Positions 26,496 to 37,604 of a stretch of 64,000 nucleotides of DNA are shown in pieces (position 1 is the first letter of the stretch; every line of letters starts with the position of its first letter). The notes below the pieces were generated by a model. That model had not been told where the DNA came from and did no database searches. It saw only the letters and a program-made list of their open reading frames with translations. Position numbers and translations under genes: made by a program. Origin of the DNA: Promethearchaeota archaeon (GTDB lineage: Archaea > Asgardarchaeota > Lokiarchaeia > Sigyniarchaeales > SOKP01). The stretch spans positions 128,001 through 192,000 of the forward strand of contig JAHPZE010000001.1 in assembly GCA_019058365.1 (NCBI GenBank), in the 5' to 3' direction.

Positions 26496-27911
26496 TTATT
26501 TTAAGCCCATTTCTTTTAATTTTTCGGTATTGGCTTTAATTTTTTCAGGAGTCAATTTATAATATCTCCAGAAAACAAGACAACCAAGAAATATGAATAT
26601 CATTGGAACTAAAGCTAAATGGACGTGAATACCCCAAATCGCTAAGGGTGTTTGAGTACCAGGAGCTGCACCTTCAACAAATCCAGTTAAAGAATGAACA
26701 ATTCCAAATGTTAAAGCCTGAGCAACTATACCTAAACGAGCAAAAAATTGTGAAAACCCAGCATATATGCCCTCTTCACGTTTACCAGTTATTACTACAG
26801 ATTCATCAATCACATCAGACATAACTGGAAATATCATGAACCAAAATCCTCCAAGACCTATTCCCCATAGAATCATTGTAATTATTATGCCAACATAGTT
26901 TTCAAGAAATAACAACGGAAATGCAAAGACACCTAGTAAAATGCCTGAAATCAGCATAATCTTCTTGTTATTATTAACCTTATGAGCTAATTTAGTCCAA
27001 ACTGGAGTTGATAGTACTGCTCCAATTAAAAATCCTGCAAAAATCAATGTTGACGCACTTGATGGCTTTTCTAATACATATTTGACAGTATAATAAAGCG
27101 AGTTTTGCATAGTATTAACCAGGGAGAAATACATTGTATAGAGAAACATCCATACTATGAATGATCGTTGTTTTATGGCAGTTTTAAAAGTTTTAAAGAA
27201 AGATTCTCTTTTCGGGGCTTGTTCAAAAGTAACGAGATAATCATTAACCAATTCTCGATCTTCTCTCAATCCAGGAATCGCTAAAAAGAGAAAAAACAAA
27301 GCGATTATAAATACTATAAAACCTTGAAAAGTAAACGACGGTAAATTTCCAAATGTAAATAGAACTGGAGGTATTATTGCTCCTAATGCTACCCCGACAA
27401 CTCCAATTGGGACATATACTCCGCTCGCTAACCTTCTTTCTTTGTCTGTTCGATATTTTTCAGGAAATAGAGCGATAAAATTAACAAAATATAATGAATG
27501 AAACGTATCGAATAAACAAGTCGAAAAGATAAGCCAAAAAAAGATAATCCATTGCCCCGATATTGGATCAAGACTTGGTGGAGTAAAAACAAGAAAATAA
27601 CTTATACCAAAGGGTATTCCTCCAAAAATCAACCAAGGAAATCGTCTTCCCCACTTCTTAGTAAATTTAAATGGACGATTTGTTAAATACCCAAGAATTG
27701 GATCATTGAACATATTATAGATTGCAAATATAATAATACCAGTAACAACCAACCATCCATTTAAGCCAACCTGATCTTCATAATAAAAAAAGACTGTAGT
27801 AGTAAATGCCATGCTTAAAAACTCTCTAGCTAAACTTCCAGAACCATAAGAAGCCATGTTTAATTTACTATGTTTTATTTCTGTTTCGATTTTTTCCATA
27901 TTTATTACCAA
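26496..27911 (-). CDS. MFS transporter, GPH (MelB-like) family
   Basis: About 12 TM; NDPILGYL, WGRRFPW, DVIDE...GKREEG. Confidence 0.9.
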   Translation of the reverse strand: MVINMEKIETEIKHSKLNMASYGSGSLAREFLSMAFTTTVFFYYEDQVGLNGWLVVTGIIIFAIYNMFNDPILGYLTNRPFKFTKKWGRRFPWLIFGGIPFGISYFLVFTPPSLDPISGQWIIFFWLIFSTCLFDTFHSLYFVNFIALFPEKYRTDKERRLASGVYVPIGVVGVALGAIIPPVLFTFGNLPSFTFQGFIVFIIALFFLFLAIPGLREDRELVNDYLVTFEQAPKRESFFKTFKTAIKQRSFIVWMFLYTMYFSLVNTMQNSLYYTVKYVLEKPSSASTLIFAGFLIGAVLSTPVWTKLAHKVNNNKKIMLISGILLGVFAFPLLFLENYVGIIITMILWGIGLGGFWFMIFPVMSDVIDESVVITGKREEGIYAGFSQFFARLGIVAQALTFGIVHSLTGFVEGAAPGTQTPLAIWGIHVHLALVPMIFIFLGCLVFWRYYKLTPEKIKANTEKLKEMGLK

Positions 27912-28295
27912 TATTGTTTTAAATAGAAATTTAAGTTACATTTCTTAATTATTAATTAAAGATATTTTAATAGTTTTCATTTTTTAAATGCAACTTTTTT
28001 TTATATGAATTTTCGAATTTGATATAAATCTTATAGATCAAGTAATTTCAGTAATCTTGACACAATATTATTATCCAGAAAATAATGATTGGGTTGTCCC
28101 AAATTGATTAGCTGAGAATAGAAAATCCGATGTATAAAGCACTAGAAAAAGCAGATGATGAAATCAGAGAAAAAAAAACATATCAAATCTTTTTAGAACA
28201 ACTTTATGCTTAATAATATTCATTTAATTTGAATGATATTCTATCCTAATAAAAACGATATATTTTAAATGTTAAAAGTATAGGTTTGATGTAAT

Positions 28296-28880
28296 ATGGC
28301 AGATTTAAATATTGAGGTAACTTATTTTGAAAAAGGTGGACCACAGAATACTGATAAAGCATTAGAAATCGCTAAAAAATACGCTAATCAGTTTGGTGTT
28401 AATGATATTATTATAGCTAGTACTACTGGCACAACTGCCGAAAAGTCATTAAATATATTTAATCCAGATGATTATAATCTGGTTGTTGTAACACATTCAT
28501 ACTATTTTATGGGAGCAGATAAAAGACAGGAATTCCCAGAGGAAAAAATTACAGCACTAAAAAGTAAAGGATTAAAATTCTTTATTGGAACACATGGCTT
28601 TGCTGGTCCAGAAAGGAGTATTCGAACTTCATTAAAGCAATGGGGTCCCGTTGAAATTATGGCTAAATATTTACGTACAGCTTTTAGTCAAGGAGTAAAG
28701 GTTTGTATGGAAATGGCCACAATGGTTGTTGATGCAGGATTAATTGAAGATTTTGAAAAAGATATTATTTGTATAGGTGGTACTGGACGTGGAGCAGATA
28801 CAGTATGTCTCATTAAGCCAATGCCTACAAGTTTGTTCCACCAATTGCGAGTGAAAGCAATTTTAGCGAAACCATTATAA
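28296..28880 (+). CDS. Pyruvate-kinase C-terminal-like domain protein (MTH1675-like)
   Basis: YFEKGGPQNT, IIIASTTG.TA, VVVTH, QGVKVC.E, GGTGRGADT. Confidence 0.8.
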   Translation: MADLNIEVTYFEKGGPQNTDKALEIAKKYANQFGVNDIIIASTTGTTAEKSLNIFNPDDYNLVVVTHSYYFMGADKRQEFPEEKITALKSKGLKFFIGTHGFAGPERSIRTSLKQWGPVEIMAKYLRTAFSQGVKVCMEMATMVVDAGLIEDFEKDIICIGGTGRGADTVCLIKPMPTSLFHQLRVKAILAKPL

Positions 28881-28911
28881 TTTAAAACAAGATAAAAAAA
28901 ATAAAGAAAAA

Positions 28912-30099
28912 TTAAATAATATCTAATTTTTTTCCTACTTTTTCAATAGCACTTAATGCCATGGTTAAATCTTCTTTAGTTAACAATGCGTTCATCTGAA
29001 CTCTAATTCTCGAAAGTTCTTTTGCAACCATAGGAAACACAATAGGAGTCCCATAAATATTTTCTTCCTCAAATAGTACTCGTGCCAATTCTTGGGCTTT
29101 TCCAGGATCACCAATTATCAATGGAATAATAGGGGTTTGTGAATTTCCTGTATTATATCCCATACTCTGAACTTCTTTTTTAAAATAATTAGTATGTTCC
29201 CAAACTCTTTTAACGTGTTCTGGTTCACTTTCAACAACTTCAATGGACGCTTTATTTGCAGCTACTACTCCTGGAGGATGTGCCGTGCTTAAAAGATACG
29301 TTCTACTTTTATTCGCACAAAATTCAATTAAATCTCTTGAACCCGCTACAGTTCCTCCAAAAACTCCAAATCCTTTACTCATAGAACCACCTTCAACATG
29401 AACTTTTCCTTGGAGGTTAAAATGAGCAACAATTCCTCGACCATTACCTAAAACTCCTTCTCCATGACAATCATCAACAAAAATCATAGCTCCAAAATCT
29501 TCAGCAACTTTTGTGATTTTATCCAGTGGTGCTATATCTCCATCCATACTAAAAACACCGTCAGTAATAATACAAATTCTTCTAGCATTTTCTTTTTCCG
29601 CTTCCTTCAATTGTCTTTCTAAATCTCCAACATCACGATGTTTATAGATAATTCGTTTAGCACCAGATAATCTAACACCATCAATAATAGATCCATGATT
29701 TAATTCATCTGAGACAACGATATCGAGTTTTCCAACTAACATAGGGATTAACCCTGAATTGACTGCAAATCCAGTTTGACAAAGAATTGAAGCTTCTACT
29801 TCTTTAAATTCAGCAAACTTTTCTTGAAATTGCTTTGTTAAATCAAAGGAGCCAGCAATAACTGGTACAGCACCAGCACCAGCACCATACTTTTTAGTGG
29901 CATCTATAGATGCTTGAATCACTTTTGGATGCGTAGCTAAACCAAGATAATTATTGGTATTGAGCATTAAAACTTCCTTTCCATCGACTATTGAATGTGG
30001 TTTGGAACCCCGTTCAAGGTATCTTATAATCCATTCAAGATTGTTATTTCTTAATTCGGTCATATCTTCCTTAAGAAAGGCAATAGGATCTCTTTTCAC
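28912..30099 (-). CDS. kbl: Glycine C-acetyltransferase (2-amino-3-ketobutyrate CoA ligase), AONS family
   Basis: NNYLGLA, SDELNHGSIIDG, TDGVFSMDG, VDDCHG, SMSKGFG; divergent from a threonine dehydrogenase. Confidence 0.85.
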   Translation of the reverse strand: MKRDPIAFLKEDMTELRNNNLEWIIRYLERGSKPHSIVDGKEVLMLNTNNYLGLATHPKVIQASIDATKKYGAGAGAVPVIAGSFDLTKQFQEKFAEFKEVEASILCQTGFAVNSGLIPMLVGKLDIVVSDELNHGSIIDGVRLSGAKRIIYKHRDVGDLERQLKEAEKENARRICIITDGVFSMDGDIAPLDKITKVAEDFGAMIFVDDCHGEGVLGNGRGIVAHFNLQGKVHVEGGSMSKGFGVFGGTVAGSRDLIEFCANKSRTYLLSTAHPPGVVAANKASIEVVESEPEHVKRVWEHTNYFKKEVQSMGYNTGNSQTPIIPLIIGDPGKAQELARVLFEEENIYGTPIVFPMVAKELSRIRVQMNALLTKEDLTMALSAIEKVGKKLDII

Positions 30100-30240
30100 A
30101 TAATCACCTTATAATTTTTGAAATAAGTGAGTAAAATAATATATAAGTGTATTATGAAAAGTATTTTAGTTTTTCTTATCTTATAAATGGGGGTTAAAGA
30201 TGGGATTGATATGAATAAACCTTTTTTTATGGAGTAAATT

Positions 30241-31227
30241 ATGAATTATACTAATAACTTAACATTACAAAATTTGATAATAATGAGAAGAATTCTTGTA
30301 ATAGGTGCAGCAGGTCAAATTGGAAGTGAATTAGTTCCCTTTCTGAGGAATAAATATGGAAATGATAATGTCATTGCTACTGGTAGAAAAACCCCACTTC
30401 TAGAGGGGATTAGAAAATCTGGTCCAGTAATTTATTTAGATGCTTTAGAAAGAAATACACTTTCAAAAGTTTTCTACGAATATGAAATAGATACAATATT
30501 TCATATGGCTTCAATACTTTCAGCCACAGGGGAGAAGATGCCTCAAACTGCGTGGGATATAAATATGAATGGATTAATAAATATTCTTGAAACAAGTAGA
30601 AAATATAATATCAAAACTATAATTTGGCCAAGTTCAATTGCTGCATTTGGACCAACTACTCCAAGAGATAACACACCAAATATTACAGTACTACAACCTA
30701 CAACTATGTATGGTATCACGAAAGTTGCAGGAGAACTCTTAGCAGAGTATTATCATAAAAAATATGGGTTAGACATTCGCTCAATGAGACTTCCTGGAAT
30801 AATTAGTAGTGAAACGCTTCCTGGTGGTGGTACTACAGATTATGCTGTTGAGATATTTTATGAAGCAATTAAGAATAAAAAATATACATGCTTTTTAAAA
30901 GAAGATACAGTATTACCTATGATGTACATGCCGGATTGCCTGAAATGTATGGTCAATCTTTTAGAAGCAGACAATTCAAGATTAAAGCGTAGAGTATATA
31001 ATATAACTGGCATGAGTTTCTCCGCTGGAGAAATTGCAACAGAAATTAAGAAGCATATACCTCAATTTGAAATAGATTATAAACCTGATTTTAGACAAGA
31101 AATTGCAGATTCATGGCCAAAATCGATTGATGATTCGCTTGCTCGTGAAGAATGGGGTTGGAATCCTAGTTATAATCTTAGTTCAATGACAAAAGATATG
31201 ATTGATAAACTAAGTAAAAGACTTTAA
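30241..31227 (+). CDS. tdh: L-threonine 3-dehydrogenase, extended-SDR type (likely start at MRRILV)
   Basis: GAAGQIG, SILSATGE, PSSIAAFG, YGITK, PGGGTTDYAV, LPMMYMPD, RQEIADSWP. Confidence 0.88.
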   Translation: MNYTNNLTLQNLIIMRRILVIGAAGQIGSELVPFLRNKYGNDNVIATGRKTPLLEGIRKSGPVIYLDALERNTLSKVFYEYEIDTIFHMASILSATGEKMPQTAWDINMNGLINILETSRKYNIKTIIWPSSIAAFGPTTPRDNTPNITVLQPTTMYGITKVAGELLAEYYHKKYGLDIRSMRLPGIISSETLPGGGTTDYAVEIFYEAIKNKKYTCFLKEDTVLPMMYMPDCLKCMVNLLEADNSRLKRRVYNITGMSFSAGEIATEIKKHIPQFEIDYKPDFRQEIADSWPKSIDDSLAREEWGWNPSYNLSSMTKDMIDKLSKRL

Positions 31228-31254
31228 GAGATAATCTTTTAAATTCATCTAAAA

Positions 31255-32346
31255 TTATTTTTTTCTTAATTGTTGCTTTTTATTCATTATTTGTGAAAAT
31301 AAATCTTCTTGCGTCGATGGAGGTCTCATCTCACCTTCTTTTTTTATAAGCTGAATTGCTTCTTCTGGACAAGATGGAACACATACTCCACATCCAATAC
31401 ATCTTTTTTGTATAATTTTTGCTATATTGTTAGTTAGTTTTATTGAATTTATTTGGCATCGATCAACGCACATTCCACACCCCACACATAAATCAGAATT
31501 TATTTCAGCATAGTAATTACTTGAAATAACTCTTGATGGACGTGGGAGTTTCTGTAATTTCGTAAGAATCGCACAGCAACAACCACAACAGCAACATATA
31601 AATTCTGGATTTACTGTATTTCCTGATTGGAAAACTAGTCCATCACTCTCAGCTTGCTGCATAATGCTTAAAACCTCATCTCTACTTATTTGACGTGCCC
31701 ATCCTTGATCTAGAAATAATTGACCTGTTATGCCAAAATAAAAACAAGTCTCCCTTAAAGATGTTTTTTCACATGGTTGTTCATAAAATTCCTTGCTTTG
31801 ACGGCAAACACAATTAGCTACAGTTAAGGGTTCCTCAGAATTTTGAATTATTTGTTTTACTTCATCAAAATTTGCTATATAATTTTCTGGTGTGATGCTT
31901 TGTTGTATCGGGATGGTTCGAAATTGAGAGATTTTTGTACCTAATAACTCTGCACCAAATGTACTCACTAAATATTCATCAAAATCTTCAAAAAATTCTT
32001 TAGTGAGCTTGTTAACTTGATATTCAAAAATACCTACAACTAATGGAAGATTAGCATATAATTTCTTACCATTTTCAATCTTATATTTTATTGTACCTTT
32101 TTTAATCATATTATTAAGCAAATTTTCTAATGATTCGGTTGAAATATGCTTACCCTCAAGACGATCATAAATATTCTCAAGAGGATCATACATCCAATTT
32201 AACTTTGTCGCAATTAAGGCTTCTTTTTCTGAAAAAAGGTGCTTTAATACTTTTAATTCAATACCCATAGTTGTTGCTGGAAACCCTACAGGAAATTGAT
32301 CTAGGTGTATTTGCAAATTACGATATATATCAGTATCATCAAGCAT
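31255..32346 (-). CDS. 4Fe-4S dicluster protein with N-terminal HTH-like and Cys-rich domains
   Basis: CVCR, ICCCCGCCC, CVGCGMCVDRC, CIGCGVCVPSCP. Confidence 0.85.
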   Translation of the reverse strand: MLDDTDIYRNLQIHLDQFPVGFPATTMGIELKVLKHLFSEKEALIATKLNWMYDPLENIYDRLEGKHISTESLENLLNNMIKKGTIKYKIENGKKLYANLPLVVGIFEYQVNKLTKEFFEDFDEYLVSTFGAELLGTKISQFRTIPIQQSITPENYIANFDEVKQIIQNSEEPLTVANCVCRQSKEFYEQPCEKTSLRETCFYFGITGQLFLDQGWARQISRDEVLSIMQQAESDGLVFQSGNTVNPEFICCCCGCCCAILTKLQKLPRPSRVISSNYYAEINSDLCVGCGMCVDRCQINSIKLTNNIAKIIQKRCIGCGVCVPSCPEEAIQLIKKEGEMRPPSTQEDLFSQIMNKKQQLRKK

Positions 32347-32427
32347 TTTTGTATATTATAAGAAAAGGTAATAAGTCTAATATAATGGTTAAATAATATT
32401 CATCATATGGTTTTTTAAATGTAATTA

Positions 32428-33216
32428 ATGAAGGTTGAAAAATTTATGAAAATTGTTTTTCATGAAAAATATTATAATTCTGAATATGCTTGGGATCCTG
32501 CAGCTTCTGCAGGACGATTAGAAGGAATTATGGATAAAATTTCCGAAAACAAAGAATTTGAAATAATTACTCCTAATCCAGCGGCAGAAGAAGATATTTT
32601 AAGAGCTCATACTCAAAGGCATCTCCAAAATATAAAGAAAGACAAGTTATTATTTGAATTAGCTTCCTTAGCTGCTGGAGGAGCAATTTTAGCTGCTGAA
32701 GAAGGGTATAAAGGTAATCCAACATTTGCCGTTATTAGACCTCCAGGTCATCACGCTTCAGCGGATTCTTGTTGGGGATTCTGTTATTTTAATAATATAA
32801 GCATAAGTTTATTAAGGCTTTATTCAGAAGGTAAGATAAAATCTGCTTTTATTTTAGATTTTGACTTGCATACGGGAGATGGTAACATAAATATATTAAC
32901 AAATAGAAATGATGATTTTAGAGTGAAAATTCTTAACCCTGATTCGAGTGGACGAGCTGGATATCTCAAAGAGGTTGAACAATACATTGAAAATTTAACC
33001 AATATTGATATATTCGTTGCGAGCGCAGGATTCGACCAAGGTATTGAAGATTGGGGTCACCTTTTATACCCAGAAGATTATTATGAATTGGGTAATTTGA
33101 TGAAAATCCATTCTAAAAAGCTATGTAAGGGAAGGCGATATGCTTTATTAGAAGGAGGTTACAATCATAATGTATTACCAAATAATCTTATATCCTTTTG
33201 CGAGGGATTTAAATAG
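32428..33216 (+). CDS. Histone deacetylase-family (AcuC/AphA-like) protein
   Basis: RPPGHHA, GFCYFNN, DFDLHTGDG, SAGFD, LEGGY. Confidence 0.92.
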   Translation: MKVEKFMKIVFHEKYYNSEYAWDPAASAGRLEGIMDKISENKEFEIITPNPAAEEDILRAHTQRHLQNIKKDKLLFELASLAAGGAILAAEEGYKGNPTFAVIRPPGHHASADSCWGFCYFNNISISLLRLYSEGKIKSAFILDFDLHTGDGNINILTNRNDDFRVKILNPDSSGRAGYLKEVEQYIENLTNIDIFVASAGFDQGIEDWGHLLYPEDYYELGNLMKIHSKKLCKGRRYALLEGGYNHNVLPNNLISFCEGFK

Positions 33217-33267
33217 ATTTAATTTAAAAATGATGAAAATTGATTAACTTTTTATCAATTTACGTGG

Positions 33268-36200
33268 TTAAGAATTTGATTGGTTATTTTTAAAATCGAC
33301 AGGAATTATTATCTTATTATCAATTAAAGAATGCAAACCCCCATAAATTAAATCTGTATTCTCCTCGCCAATTTCTTGAATTATTCTATCTATTGTGAAC
33401 TCTTTATTATATTTGGTTAAAGTTATTATTACATTAAGGACTCGAGACTCCATTGATTCTAATTCGCGACTTTTTTTCATAGATTCTATATAGACTTCTC
33501 CTTGATTTAACTTAAAAGGCTTATTATAAAATAAAAATAAGAACTTGTTCATTAAAATTTCAATATCATCTTCAAATTCGATAGCTTTTCCTTTATAATC
33601 TTCTATTTCTTCTGAAAACTTAGAGCATATTTCAACTGTTAATATATATAACTGATTTTTTAATTTCTCTGAAGATGCATCTTTAAGGATCAGAAGAGTT
33701 CTTAGACATTGATAATCACAAATAAGTAAATGGAAAAATTTAAAATTCAATTCAATAATATGTTCAGCATATTTTTCTATATGTTTTTTTTTCTCTTTTA
33801 ATGACTCAGCTATAATACTTTGTTCACCAAACAAAGTAATTGCCTGAATAAAACCAGAAATAAGAATATTTTCCTCAAAATTAAATTCAGAAACATTGTT
33901 TGTGAAAAATGGCATACCACTGTTTTTTTGAATAAGCATAATTCCTTGAATATTCTTAAGATCTTTAAACTCCTGAATCTTATCTAAAAATAGTCGTTCT
34001 TTTTCTCTTTTCCTCGGTAAGAATATATAACTTCTTGCAATTAAAGCGCTAAAAACCCCTATTACACTTAAAAGCACTATTGCTATTACCCAGATTAAAT
34101 AACTATTATCTGGAGTTTGTTTTTGTAATACTACTAAAAGAAAAGATGATTCTGTTGCTTTATAATATCCTCCCTCAACAGATATTATAAGCTTTACGTT
34201 ATAACTTCCCGAAGCGCTACTTGGAATATTCAATTGAATTTGGTAAGTCCCATTACCTAAATTTTCAAATTCACTTATATCATATTTCCAAGAGAATAAA
34301 ATGTTAGCAGTTGAAATTAAATTTCCAGAATTTTGTTCCGTTAAGTTTATTTTAATTAATTTTGTGCTTCCTGCATACACATCAAGAGAAGCTTCGAAAC
34401 CCATAGTGCCTACAGAAATCTCTACATAATCTACTCTTATTGTAAGTATCTCTGAAATAAAGACGTAGTTTTCTTTTTCAACTGAAACTGTTAAGTAATG
34501 AGTTCCAACAGATAGGGCTCCCGAGCTAAAAATAGTATAATATCGTTGTCCACTTTCATCTAAGACTCTTGAAATCGCTGATCCATTCAAATTCACAATA
34601 GCACCAGAAATAAAAAGATTTGATAAAGAATCTCTATATAGAATAGTAATATTTAAAGCCATATTCCATTGAATTACTATAGTTTTATCAGCAGTTCTAT
34701 CTACTTGATTCAAATAAATTTCCATATAAGTTGGATTTTCCTCTATAATTACATATATACTTTCGAATGCTGTTTGATATCCAGGATGGCTTAATTGAAA
34801 GAATATTGTATAGTAATCTAATGAAAGATTGCTAGTAGAAAAATATACTATAAAACCGTCAGCAACGGGAGAGATCACATAAGATGATGCCCATGTCACA
34901 TTTAAGGTAGCTCCTGTAATTATCTCCCCCATTCCCGCATCTGTATAATTGACTTTTAGATAGAAGCTTTCATTAAATAAAACATTAACTATAGTCTGAT
35001 TTAGATTTACTTCAGTAGCTATAGGTTGTACTTGTAACGAGATAAAACCAGAAGTACTTCCATAACTGGTTTTATTAACAAAAATAGTAATTGTAAAAAC
35101 CTCTATGATACCTTGAGAGGGTATATTATAAGTAGAAAAGTTTAGTTCAAAATTACCATTAGAACCTAAAACTGAATATGGATTTATCCAATTAGTAGTA
35201 ATGTTTGCATCACCAGGTAATAAAGTACCAGAAATCGCTCCAGTAACATTTATCTGGCAAATAGCATAATCATTTGCCATAGCACTAATAATAGTATGTG
35301 GGACCTCTAATGCGATTGGTTGATTTATTATTTTTAACTGAATAAGATTTCTAACAGACTGATTCTCATAGTAATTTTTTGAAGCATTGAATGAAAAGTA
35401 ATAATTTCCCGCTTCTCGTCCACTTGTATCAACATCAATAACATAAATTCCTGATCCAGTATAAATCATAGTTCCAAAAGTCCCAAAAGTAGAGTTATAA
35501 GTTATTGTCGCAAAATCAATGTATTTATTAAAATCTGAATCCATATACTTTACTCTTATTAAAAGTGGCTCTCCAGAAACTCTCTCTATATAAGAATTTA
35601 TAGCAGTTAGATTTGTATGATGCCACACATTAAACAAAAATTGAGAAAATCCTACTTTATCTCTACTTAAAATAGATTGATTATTTGTCCAAATTATACT
35701 TACTTGATATGTACCGACCGACATATTTTCTCCAACAGTAAAATTGCCAAAATCTACATTATTGGATAATGGTTCTTTTTGAAGTTTCTTGAAAATTGTG
35801 CCATTAGGATATTCAATTGTGCAATTTATTTGTGTATTTGTCAAAGAAATTGTATTGTTTAAAGTTGCATTAATATGAAATGTTTCCCCATATGTAATAT
35901 TAAATTGTTCATTAAAGAATGTTCCATTCCAAACAAACACACTCCCTTTAGTAATATAATTTTGCCCACTCGCCTGAAAGGTCCATAAACCAGAACTTAA
36001 TTGTCCCTGGGGGATTTTCATATTTGTTGATCCAAACTCAATTCCCGTACAGCTTCCTATTTTTTCCACATTATATCCATCTAAAATAGAAGTGATATTC
36101 CAGTCGTTGGGCTTATAGATCTCAGCCCAGTTATTAAAATAACTATAAGGAATTGAAAAAGAGCATTCTGTTTGCCAATTTATTTCATTATTAATTACAT

Positions 36201-37308
36201 AAGTGGAACCTATTTGTCCATCAATTGTAGAATTAAAAATTTTAACTGCTTCTGAAGTAATTGTTATATTATAAATTTCTAAATCTTCTGTATATGATGC
36301 ATTTTTTGATATAGTGAATTTAATATCACTTGTTTCAGTTCTACTTCTTTCTACATCTATAAAGGTTTTCCCCTTACCAAAAGTAATATTTTCGTAGGAA
36401 TATTCTTGATCAAATTCAATATCTTTTGTTATTATCAAATTTTGCTGGTTAGGTTTTGTCCAAAGACTAAATTTAATATCATCAAGATACAAAATTTGGT
36501 CTTTAATTGCAGTACTAGTTGCATCATCTACAAATACTCCTGCCTGTATTGTAATATTTTCAGGAATTAGTTGACCAACTTCTGACATATCATAAGTTAA
36601 ACTGATTTGGTGCCAATAGTCTAATCCTATAGATAAATTAGAAAAACTTACAGAAATATTTTTCTCAATACCACCAATATTAATAGAAATAAAAGCACTA
36701 ATGTTGGGAGACGGTGTTGCTGGATTGATTATATTATACATATAATTCATAGATAAAGTTGCTATTGTATTTGAAGATGGTATTTCTGGGATAGAAAAGT
36801 TTTCTTCGAAATAACCAAAATCTCCTTTAGAAAGAGGTTGTTGTTTAATGACTTTTATTGAAACATTTGCGGGTTGCCAAGGGTTTTTACTAATAATTGC
36901 AGGCTTAGAAGTAGTATATTCCCACGGGTTTTCACCAATATCAAAAGAGCCATTTATTACCCAGTCCTTTTTATGAGATACTCCATCATAATAGATTGTA
37001 ACATTTTTAGAAATCCAATCCTCCAATAATGTAAAGCTGACATTTTTAGGTAATGATAAAGGGAGAAAGGTGTTAGAAATAGTAGCATGTTGATATACCA
37101 ACAAAGGTTTCGCATTTGGACCATTCGAATTTATTTTAAGATTTTTAAAATCATTCAAATTATCATTAAATTGCTTTTTTTTATTGAAACGACTAAGAGA
37201 AATTGAAGAGTTAATTGGGTTTATACAGCTTAAAATTACTGAAATTGAAAATAGGAATATTAAAACCTTAGTTCTTTTCCTTTTTGAAATCCTGAGGTTG
37301 AACTCCAT
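33268..37308 (-). CDS. Large single-pass surface glycoprotein with Ig-like repeats and cytoplasmic longin-like + winged-helix-like tail
   Basis: N-terminal hydrophobic signal, about 1050 aa beta-rich region with many N-x-S/T sequons, TM YLIWVIAIVLLSVIGVFSALIA, then GIMLIQKNSGMPFF...LISGFIQAITLF. Confidence 0.8.
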   Translation of the reverse strand: MEFNLRISKRKRTKVLIFLFSISVILSCINPINSSISLSRFNKKKQFNDNLNDFKNLKINSNGPNAKPLLVYQHATISNTFLPLSLPKNVSFTLLEDWISKNVTIYYDGVSHKKDWVINGSFDIGENPWEYTTSKPAIISKNPWQPANVSIKVIKQQPLSKGDFGYFEENFSIPEIPSSNTIATLSMNYMYNIINPATPSPNISAFISINIGGIEKNISVSFSNLSIGLDYWHQISLTYDMSEVGQLIPENITIQAGVFVDDATSTAIKDQILYLDDIKFSLWTKPNQQNLIITKDIEFDQEYSYENITFGKGKTFIDVERSRTETSDIKFTISKNASYTEDLEIYNITITSEAVKIFNSTIDGQIGSTYVINNEINWQTECSFSIPYSYFNNWAEIYKPNDWNITSILDGYNVEKIGSCTGIEFGSTNMKIPQGQLSSGLWTFQASGQNYITKGSVFVWNGTFFNEQFNITYGETFHINATLNNTISLTNTQINCTIEYPNGTIFKKLQKEPLSNNVDFGNFTVGENMSVGTYQVSIIWTNNQSILSRDKVGFSQFLFNVWHHTNLTAINSYIERVSGEPLLIRVKYMDSDFNKYIDFATITYNSTFGTFGTMIYTGSGIYVIDVDTSGREAGNYYFSFNASKNYYENQSVRNLIQLKIINQPIALEVPHTIISAMANDYAICQINVTGAISGTLLPGDANITTNWINPYSVLGSNGNFELNFSTYNIPSQGIIEVFTITIFVNKTSYGSTSGFISLQVQPIATEVNLNQTIVNVLFNESFYLKVNYTDAGMGEIITGATLNVTWASSYVISPVADGFIVYFSTSNLSLDYYTIFFQLSHPGYQTAFESIYVIIEENPTYMEIYLNQVDRTADKTIVIQWNMALNITILYRDSLSNLFISGAIVNLNGSAISRVLDESGQRYYTIFSSGALSVGTHYLTVSVEKENYVFISEILTIRVDYVEISVGTMGFEASLDVYAGSTKLIKINLTEQNSGNLISTANILFSWKYDISEFENLGNGTYQIQLNIPSSASGSYNVKLIISVEGGYYKATESSFLLVVLQKQTPDNSYLIWVIAIVLLSVIGVFSALIARSYIFLPRKREKERLFLDKIQEFKDLKNIQGIMLIQKNSGMPFFTNNVSEFNFEENILISGFIQAITLFGEQSIIAESLKEKKKHIEKYAEHIIELNFKFFHLLICDYQCLRTLLILKDASSEKLKNQLYILTVEICSKFSEEIEDYKGKAIEFEDDIEILMNKFLFLFYNKPFKLNQGEVYIESMKKSRELESMESRVLNVIITLTKYNKEFTIDRIIQEIGEENTDLIYGGLHSLIDNKIIIPVDFKNNQSNS

Positions 37309-37604
37309 AGGTAAGAATTAATTTTTTTTTAGCTTTTTATGTTAAATATCTCGATTCTCTCTTTTAAATGAATCTTTCTAGTTTATTATGTATCTACTTG
37401 TAAATTGAATTATTAAAATATATAGATAATATTTTATTAGGATTTATAAATATGAATTCGAATATTTGTCTAAAATGTAGGAATTTTTATCTTAAAAATC
37501 AAATTAACGTTGAAATAAAAACATTTCTAAGTTTTATATAATTTTATTTGAAAAAAAGGAATTAAAAAGAATTAGATTTAAAGGAAATATACTGTATCAA
37601 AATT

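Noticed and set aside
28085-28215. Coding-like stretch (MIGLSQID*LRIENPMYKALEKADDEIREKK...) in the MFS/PK_C intergenic region
   Set aside because: May be a gene remnant, but I cannot assign it to any family; too short to support.
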